NCBI GenBank assembly: GCA_963804645.1
Contig: CAWDRG010000005.1
Span: 64,001-128,000 of the forward strand
Length of the DNA stretch: 64,000 bases
Origin: an uncultured Bacillota bacterium
GTDB lineage: Bacteria; Sysuimicrobiota; Sysuimicrobiia; Sysuimicrobiales; Segetimicrobiaceae
Direction of reading: 5' to 3'
In this document: positions 58,189 to 64,000 of the stretch, piece by piece
Position numbering within the stretch: the first letter of the stretch is position 1
Layout of the letters: each line of letters starts with the position of its first letter
The notes under the pieces: model-generated
Told to the model about the DNA's origin: nothing
What the model saw: only the letters and a program-made list of their open reading frames with translations
The model's database searches: none
Translations under genes and position numbers: made by a program

Positions 58189-58935
58189 TCAGTCATGCGC
58201 GGGCAAATACTGGGCGTTGAGCGCGGCGACATCCGGATGCGCCTCGAGAAACGCGATGATCTCGTCGGTCGTCACGAGACGCCCCGGCTGGTACAGCGCC
58301 TCGAAGATCCGCCGAAGCAGCAGATAGTCCTCCCAGTAGTCGAGCGTCCAGCGGTACCGCCAGAACCCGCGTGCGGGGTCTTCCACGTTGTAGACGCGCA
58401 GGCCGGCCTCCCAGAAGTACGGGATCGTATGCTCCCGCTGCGGCGGGGTCGTGGCGTGCCGCCACGCCTCTGCGAGGCCCTCCGCAGACAGCACGTCACA
58501 ATCGAGCCCGTCGGGAAACGTCAGCGGGTGGCGATTCGTGACGAGGTCGTACTGCGAAGGGTGCGCCAGAAAAAACCTGACCATTCGGTCGATGAGCCGC
58601 GGGTCGGCCAACGGGCAGTCGGCGGTAATGCGCACGACCACGTCGAGCCGAAACTGCTCTGCCGCCCGGTGATAGCGGTCGAGCACGTCGAGCTCGCTTC
58701 CGCGAAACACCGGGATGCCCCGCGCGTCGCACAGCGCGGCGATGGGGTCGTCCGCCGGCTCCTCTGACGTCGCGACGAGCGCCGCCGTCAACGACGTCGC
58801 GTACGCGAGCCGCTCCATCAGATGGTCGAGCATCGGCTTGCCGGCCGCCTCCAGCAGCACCTTCCCGGGCAGCCGCGTCGAGCGCATGCGCGCCTGGACA
58901 ACCGCGCCCACGCGCGCGGGGGCTCCCTCAGGCAC
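58189..58935 (-). CDS. SpsF-like cytidylyltransferase family protein
   Basis: VQARMRSTRLPGKVL, RGSELDVLDRY, RITADCP, REH, RWTLDYWED. Start approximate. Confidence 0.9.
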   Translation of the reverse strand: MPEGAPARVGAVVQARMRSTRLPGKVLLEAAGKPMLDHLMERLAYATSLTAALVATSEEPADDPIAALCDARGIPVFRGSELDVLDRYHRAAEQFRLDVVVRITADCPLADPRLIDRMVRFFLAHPSQYDLVTNRHPLTFPDGLDCDVLSAEGLAEAWRHATTPPQREHTIPYFWEAGLRVYNVEDPARGFWRYRWTLDYWEDYLLLRRIFEALYQPGRLVTTDEIIAFLEAHPDVAALNAQYLPAHD

Positions 58936-60328
58936 GACAGCAGTCGAGCTGGGCCGCGTCCGGGTGCAGCCGCCCACAGCGGGCCTGCTGGCACCGGTTG
59001 AAGGGTCGGAACACCGGCTTGGGCGCCTCCCCCTCGAATGACTCGTCCACGGTCTCAGTCTCGATCGCCCGCCGGACCTTGCGCATCCCGGCGACGATTG
59101 CATCGAGCGTGCGGTCGAGCTCCTCATCTCCGTGCGAGTAGGTGATCGTCGTCCACGGGATCAGCACCCCGTGGGAAATGACCTCCTCGTGAAACGACGC
59201 GCTCAACGCCGGCCAACCGCGGCCGTCGCCTCGAGTGCAGATGATCTGGGGATTGCAGTCGAACCCGATGATCTGCACGTAGGGCGAGACCCGCTCACGC
59301 TCCGCCGCGCTGCGAATCCCCTCGACGAGCCGCTTCCCGAAACCCCATACGTGTGCGCTGATGTCCACCCGCTGGCACTCCTCCAGGGTGGCGCGGCACG
59401 CCGCGAGGCCGGTCGTTTCGGATCCGTGCGTCTGCGACAGGAGAAACACCCGCTCCTTGTTGTGCCGCAGTCCGCCCGCTTCCATGATGTCACGCTTCCC
59501 TGCCAGCAGCGAGAACGAATAGCCGTTGGAGATCGCCTTTCCGTAGGTCGCCAAATCCGGATAGACGCCCCACAGATGGTGGGCGCCCCGAATGTCGAAC
59601 TTCATCCCGCTGATCATCTCGTCGAAGATGAGCACCGTGCCCTCTTGAGTGGCGAGCGCGCGAAGCTCCTGCAAAAAGTTGTGCTGTGGCGCGTCGTTCT
59701 TGACGGGCTCGAGAATGATGGCGGCGATCTGGCCGGGGTATTGGTCAAACAGCGCGCGGAGGCTCCCCAGGTCGTTGTACCGGAACGGCAACGTCAGTCG
59801 CGACACCTCTTCCGGGACCCCGGCGTTCATGGTGGTCGTCCCGATGAACCAGTCGTGGATGCTGTAGAACGGATGATCCGCGCACTGGGCGATGTATTTT
59901 CGCCCCGTGTAGGCCCGGGCGAGCTTGACCGCCGCGGTCGTGACGTCCGACCCGTTCTTGCCGAACTTCACCATCTCGGCAACCGGCAGCAGGTCCACGA
60001 GATACTCCGCCAGCTCGTACTCAAGAATGCCCGGCCGGGTGAAGTTGGTCCCGAGGTCGATCTGGCGTTTCACCGCCTCGTTCACGGCGGGATAGCTGTG
60101 CCCGAGGATGATGACGCGGTTGCCCATCCCCCAGTCGATATACCGGTTGCCGTCGACGTCCCAGGTGTACGCGCCCAGGGCGCGCGCCATCACCTTGGGG
60201 CCGCGCCACGGAAACTGGTCCTCGCCCTTGCTGTACGTGTGGCTGCCACCCGGAATGAGCCGGTGTAGCTTCTCATTCATCTCGTAGCTTTGAGTGAAGT
60301 TGTCGATCGGGCGCGACACGACGCCCAC
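58928..60328 (-). CDS. Class III aminotransferase (glutamate-1-semialdehyde aminomutase-like)
   Basis: IPGG.HTYSKG.DQ, DVDGN.YID, KNGSD, LIFDEM, YGKAISNG (PLP Lys), S.THG. Confidence 0.9.
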   Translation of the reverse strand: MGVVSRPIDNFTQSYEMNEKLHRLIPGGSHTYSKGEDQFPWRGPKVMARALGAYTWDVDGNRYIDWGMGNRVIILGHSYPAVNEAVKRQIDLGTNFTRPGILEYELAEYLVDLLPVAEMVKFGKNGSDVTTAAVKLARAYTGRKYIAQCADHPFYSIHDWFIGTTTMNAGVPEEVSRLTLPFRYNDLGSLRALFDQYPGQIAAIILEPVKNDAPQHNFLQELRALATQEGTVLIFDEMISGMKFDIRGAHHLWGVYPDLATYGKAISNGYSFSLLAGKRDIMEAGGLRHNKERVFLLSQTHGSETTGLAACRATLEECQRVDISAHVWGFGKRLVEGIRSAAERERVSPYVQIIGFDCNPQIICTRGDGRGWPALSASFHEEVISHGVLIPWTTITYSHGDEELDRTLDAIVAGMRKVRRAIETETVDESFEGEAPKPVFRPFNRCQQARCGRLHPDAAQLDCCRA

Positions 60329-60368
60329 CTCCCTACCGCTCAGGATCGGTCACGAACACGACCGGCGC

Positions 60369-61052
60369 TCACGCCGTGCGGCTCATCAGAAACGCCGCCA
60401 GGTCGAAGTCAAACTGCGTCGCCACGTGCACGCTGCGCTCCTCAGGCGTCTCGTACACGGCGAGGCGTTCGCCAAAGAAGTTCCGGCGCTCGCACAGCGG
60501 GGCGGCGCGGCCGATCTTGATCGATCCGTTCGGCCGCTGGACCGGCGGGAGGAGCGGCCGCTCCAGCATGAACGCGTCCCCGAAGTACATCCGGAACCAG
60601 CCCCCATCTTCGCGCAGCGCCCAGTGAAAATAGTGCGGGTCGACCGGTGTCACCGACACGAGGAAATCGGCGCCGGACTCCACAAATCGCTCCCACGAGC
60701 CCCGCACGTCCCCTGCGCTTCGCAGGGGCGACGACGGCTGGAGACAGACCACCGCGTCGTAGCGGTCCCCGGCCGCCCGCCGTGCCTCAAAGACGTCGAT
60801 GCACACGTCGGTCGAAGAGACCAGATCGTCCGCGAGCGCCGCGGCACGAATGTGCACGTCCGCGCCGCAGTCGCGCGCGATGCGCGCGATCTCCTCGTCC
60901 TCCGTCGAGACGACCACCCGGTCAAACACGTGGCTGGCCGCGGCGGCGTCGATCGAGTAGGCGAGCATCGGCTTGCCTGCCAGCGGGCGAATGTTTTTCA
61001 GCGGAAGCCGCTTCGAACCCCGGCGTGCCGGCACGACGCACAGCGGCCGCAT
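60369..61052 (-). CDS. Acylneuraminate cytidylyltransferase (PseF/NeuA-like)
   Basis: PARRGSKRLPLKN, GKPML, VSTED, QPSSPLR, NGS. C-terminal SVHVAT replaces the usual xDID. Confidence 0.88.
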   Translation of the reverse strand: MRPLCVVPARRGSKRLPLKNIRPLAGKPMLAYSIDAAAASHVFDRVVVSTEDEEIARIARDCGADVHIRAAALADDLVSSTDVCIDVFEARRAAGDRYDAVVCLQPSSPLRSAGDVRGSWERFVESGADFLVSVTPVDPHYFHWALREDGGWFRMYFGDAFMLERPLLPPVQRPNGSIKIGRAAPLCERRNFFGERLAVYETPEERSVHVATQFDFDLAAFLMSRTA

Positions 61053-61055
61053 CGG

Positions 61056-62111
61056 CTACGCCACCGACCCGGCCATCGCTTTGGCGGTCAGCGCCAGCGA
61101 CAGCGTCGCCAGTGCGTCCTCGATCGGATTCACGGTCGGCGCGAGCGTCCGCACGCACCGGAGAAACCCGGCGACTTCATCCACGTACGCCTGGTTCGGC
61201 GCCCAGCCCGCCGGCAGCGCGTGCGTCGTTACCGACGCGTCCCCTCGGGACACCGTCACCACCGGGTGTTCATAGTCCCAGTACAGTGTCCCCCGCTCGC
61301 CGATCACCTGGCATCCCCTCCGGTAGTCGCGTTGGACGACGTTCAGATGCACGCTCGACAGCACCCCAGAGTCGTGACGGATCAGAATCTCGGCGACCCC
61401 CTCGATCTCCAGCCCGAGCGTGCGCGCGGGCACCACCGCCGCGCCGAGGACGCGTCCTGGCCCGAAGTACCAGCGCGCCAGATCGAGCTCATGGATGCAG
61501 TCGAGGATGGCGCCTCCGCCCTGCTCGGCGTGCGCGCTGTAGCTCGACCGATAATCCATCCACGGCCGCCACCCGGGCAGGTACGACCCGGTCTGAATCC
61601 GCGCGGCGATCACAGTCCCGACGGCCCCGTCGTCGATCAGGCGCTTGATCTCGGCCGGACCCGGGTGAAAGCGCATGTTGCAGCCGACCAGCGTGATCAG
61701 CCCGCCGCGCTCGACGGCCGCCCGCAGGCTTTCAGTCCCCTCGGCGGTATGCGCGAGCGGCTTCTCGATAAACAGGTGGCATCCGAGGTTCGCGGCCGCC
61801 GTGGCCGCCTGAATGTGCAGATGGGTGGGCGTCGCTACGAACACGACGTCGGGCCCCCACGCCAACCCATCCTCCAGCGATCCGACGCGCCGCAAACCGT
61901 CGACCTCGGGCACCGACGCGCCCGGGTCGTAGCCGGCCAGCGCCGTGACGCCGAGCGCGCGCAGATTGGCGGCATGGCGCCGCCCGATCGATCCCAGTCC
62001 GACGACGAGTACTCGGAGCGCGCGCGCTTCGTCTCTCGCGGCGGCCTCGGCGCGATCACCTCGCGTAATGGCGGACCACCTTGTCGACCGCCTCCACGAC
62101 GCTGTCGGCAT
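61056..62111 (-). CDS. Gfo/Idh/MocA family NAD(P)-dependent oxidoreductase
   Basis: GLGSIG.RH, TPTHLH, IEKP, NMRFHP, GGGAILDCIHELD. Start uncertain. Confidence 0.9.
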   Translation of the reverse strand: MPTASWRRSTRWSAITRGDRAEAAARDEARALRVLVVGLGSIGRRHAANLRALGVTALAGYDPGASVPEVDGLRRVGSLEDGLAWGPDVVFVATPTHLHIQAATAAANLGCHLFIEKPLAHTAEGTESLRAAVERGGLITLVGCNMRFHPGPAEIKRLIDDGAVGTVIAARIQTGSYLPGWRPWMDYRSSYSAHAEQGGGAILDCIHELDLARWYFGPGRVLGAAVVPARTLGLEIEGVAEILIRHDSGVLSSVHLNVVQRDYRRGCQVIGERGTLYWDYEHPVVTVSRGDASVTTHALPAGWAPNQAYVDEVAGFLRCVRTLAPTVNPIEDALATLSLALTAKAMAGSVA

Positions 62112-63258
62112 CGGCGTCGCTCATCCCGGCGTACATCGGTAGGGAGAGCATGCGCGCGTACGCCTCCTCGGTCACGGGGCAGAGTCCCGGCGTCATTCCA
62201 AAGCGGTCGCGGTAGAACGGGTGCCAGTACACGGGAATGTAGTGCACGTTCACCGCGATCCCCTCCGCCCGCAGCGCCGCGAACACATCGGCCCGCGACG
62301 CCGACAGCACCTCGGAATCGAGCTCGATCACGTACAAGTGGTAGGCGTGCTCAACCTCCGGGCGCACCGCGAGCGGCCGCACGCCCGGAAGCTCGGCCAG
62401 CGCCCCGTCGTACCGGCGCGCGAGCGCACGCCGGCGAGCGACCCAGCCCGGCAGCTTGCGCAGCTGGCTCAGCCCGAGCGCGCACTGGAAGTCGGTCAGC
62501 CGATAATTGTACCCGAGGTCGACCATCTCGTAGAACCACGAGTTCTGGGCCGCCCGCCGGGCATGGTCCGCGGTGATCCCGTGGTTCCGAAAGGTGCGCA
62601 TGCGCGTCGCGAGCGCGGGATCCGCCGTCGTCACGACGCCGCCTTCCCCGGTGGTGATGTGCTTCACCGGATGCAGGCTGAACGCCGTCAGATCCGCGAG
62701 CGTTCCGACCGGCTCTTCGCGGTACCGCCCGCCGAGCGCGTGACAGGCATCCGCGACGAGGCAGATGCCCCGGTCGCGCGCGATCGTCCGAAGCCGGTCA
62801 TACTCGCACGGCTGCCCGGCGTAATCGACGCTCACGACCGCCCGCGTCCGCGGCGTCAGCAGCCGTTCCACCTCAGTCGGAGCGAGCAGTAGCGTCCCGG
62901 GAGATACGTCCGCGAACACCGGCGTCGCGCCCTGATAGACGGCACAGTTCGCGCTCGCCGCGAACGTCAGCGCGGGCACGATCACCTCGTCGCCGGGACC
63001 GACGCCCGCCGCGTACATTGCCGCGTGCAGCGCTGCCGTCCCGCTGCTCACCGCGACCGCGTGCGGCGCTCCGACGGCGGCCGCAAACGCCGCCTCGAAC
63101 TCCGCGACCTGCGGTCCGGTCGTCAGCCAGTCCGAGCGCAGGACCGCGACGACCGCGTCGACATCCGCATCGTCCAGCCACTGGCGCCCGTACGGCAGCG
63201 GCTGCGTCCGGACGGGGGCGCCGCCTTCGATGGCCAGCTTATCCGTGTGTGTCGCCAT
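62056..63258 (-). CDS. pseC: UDP-4-amino-4,6-dideoxy-AltNAc transaminase (DegT family)
   Basis: PYGRQ, LTTGP, SSGTAALH, DACHALG, SLHPVKHITTGEGG, RNHGI, LGYNYR. Follows pseB. Confidence 0.9.
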   Translation of the reverse strand: MATHTDKLAIEGGAPVRTQPLPYGRQWLDDADVDAVVAVLRSDWLTTGPQVAEFEAAFAAAVGAPHAVAVSSGTAALHAAMYAAGVGPGDEVIVPALTFAASANCAVYQGATPVFADVSPGTLLLAPTEVERLLTPRTRAVVSVDYAGQPCEYDRLRTIARDRGICLVADACHALGGRYREEPVGTLADLTAFSLHPVKHITTGEGGVVTTADPALATRMRTFRNHGITADHARRAAQNSWFYEMVDLGYNYRLTDFQCALGLSQLRKLPGWVARRRALARRYDGALAELPGVRPLAVRPEVEHAYHLYVIELDSEVLSASRADVFAALRAEGIAVNVHYIPVYWHPFYRDRFGMTPGLCPVTEEAYARMLSLPMYAGMSDADADSVVEAVDKVVRHYAR

Positions 63259-64000
63259 CAAGCGCCCCGATCATCGCCTGCAGTTCCGCAACGGTGAGCC
63301 ACCGGGTGTTCGTGTCGCTGCTGTACCGGAACCCGTCCGGACACGGCCGCCCGCCGTTCTCCCGCACATACTCGGACGCTTGCCAATCGTGAAATGGCGG
63401 GAGAATCACGAAGTAGTCGTCGTACTCGATCGTGTGCCGCGCATCGTCCTCGGGCACCATCACCTCGTGCAGTTTCTCCCCTGGCCGGATCCCGACGATC
63501 TGCACCTGGCACCCTGGCGCGACGGCCTCGGCGAGCTGCAGTATGTTCATGCTCGGGATCTTCGGGACGAAAATCTCGCCCCCGCGCATGCGCTCGAGGC
63601 ACGCCAGCACGAACTGCACGCCCTGGTCCAGGGTGATCCAGAATCGCGTCATCCGGGTGTCGGTGACGGCGACCGTCCCGGCGCCGCGCATCTTGAGGAA
63701 GAACGGGATCACGCTGCCGCGGCTCCCGACGACGTTCCCGTAGCGCACGATGCTGAACCGGGTGTCCCGTGCGCCGGCGTAGTTGTTACCGGCGATGAAC
63801 AACTTGTCGGAGCACAGCTTGGTGGCGCCGTAGAGATTGATCGGGTTCGCGGCCTTATCCGTGCTGAGGGCGATCACGCGGCGCACGCCGCGGTCGATCG
63901 CCGCGTCGATCACGTTCATGGCGCCGAGCACGTTCGTCTTCACGGCCTCAAACGGATTGTATTCAGCGGTCGGCACCTGCTTCAGGGCGGCCGCGTGGAT
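63239..64000 (-). CDS. pseB: UDP-GlcNAc 4,6-dehydratase (inverting), 5' end beyond the window
   Basis: HAAALKQVP.AEYNPFE.VKTN, STDKA.NPINLYGATK, RYGNV.GSRGSV, MTRFWI, RPGEKLHE, YSSDTN. Confidence 0.95.
   Translation of the reverse strand: MHAAALKQVPTAEYNPFEAVKTNVLGAMNVIDAAIDRGVRRVIALSTDKAANPINLYGATKLCSDKLFIAGNNYAGARDTRFSIVRYGNVVGSRGSVIPFFLKMRGAGTVAVTDTRMTRFWITLDQGVQFVLACLERMRGGEIFVPKIPSMNILQLAEAVAPGCQVQIVGIRPGEKLHEVMVPEDDARHTIEYDDYFVILPPFHDWQASEYVRENGGRPCPDGFRYSSDTNTRWLTVAELQAMIGALDGDTHG

Noticed and set aside
58928..60328. hemL of tetrapyrrole synthesis
   Set aside because: It has the IPGGSHTYSKG N-terminus rather than PGGVNSP, and is coupled to an spsF-like gene in a nonulosonate cluster.
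1..64000. CRISPR array, IS/transposase, integrase, prophage, rRNA/tRNA
   Set aside because: No regularly spaced repeats or recognisable motifs were seen. Intergenic gaps are short (a few hundred bp at most). The search was by eye only.

Overview
High-GC bacterial chromosome segment, almost all on the minus strand. The cdaA-cdaR-glmM arrangement and GGAGG ribosome-binding sites suggest a Terrabacteria lineage (inference only). Left to right: (1) a partial secreted protein and a DJ-1/PfpI protein; (2) a small nucleotide-sugar operon (ugd, uxs-like, asnB-type amidotransferase, GT4, a second Ugd homologue lacking the catalytic Cys); (3) a housekeeping block rplM-rpsI, LysM-NlpC/P60, argF-cdaA-cdaR-glmM, with tandem ARG boxes over the argF promoter; (4) an accessory stretch with a candidate structured RNA and small ORF, DinB, an RND pump, a lower-GC methyltransferase relic, a Cys-patterned small ORF and a degenerate PAP2; (5) a surface-glycan locus of more than 41 kb (22556 to beyond 64000). 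That locus holds a pseudaminic-acid-type pathway, a CDP-glucose module, Wzx, two Wzy-like proteins, four DegT aminotransferases, a TPP E1-alpha/beta pair (alpha frameshifted) and three CMP-transferase-family genes. The best candidate for an undescribed system is the cassette at 41369-49018: cytidylyltransferase, 2-hydroxyacid dehydrogenase, divergent GAPDH, divergent glycerate kinase, HpcH aldolase, methyltransferase and an orphan transferase. It reads like a NeuB-independent route to a CMP-activated ulosonic acid. No tRNA, rRNA, CRISPR array or transposase was recognised. All product calls come from motif recognition by eye, and many start codons were re-placed from RBS or gene overlaps.
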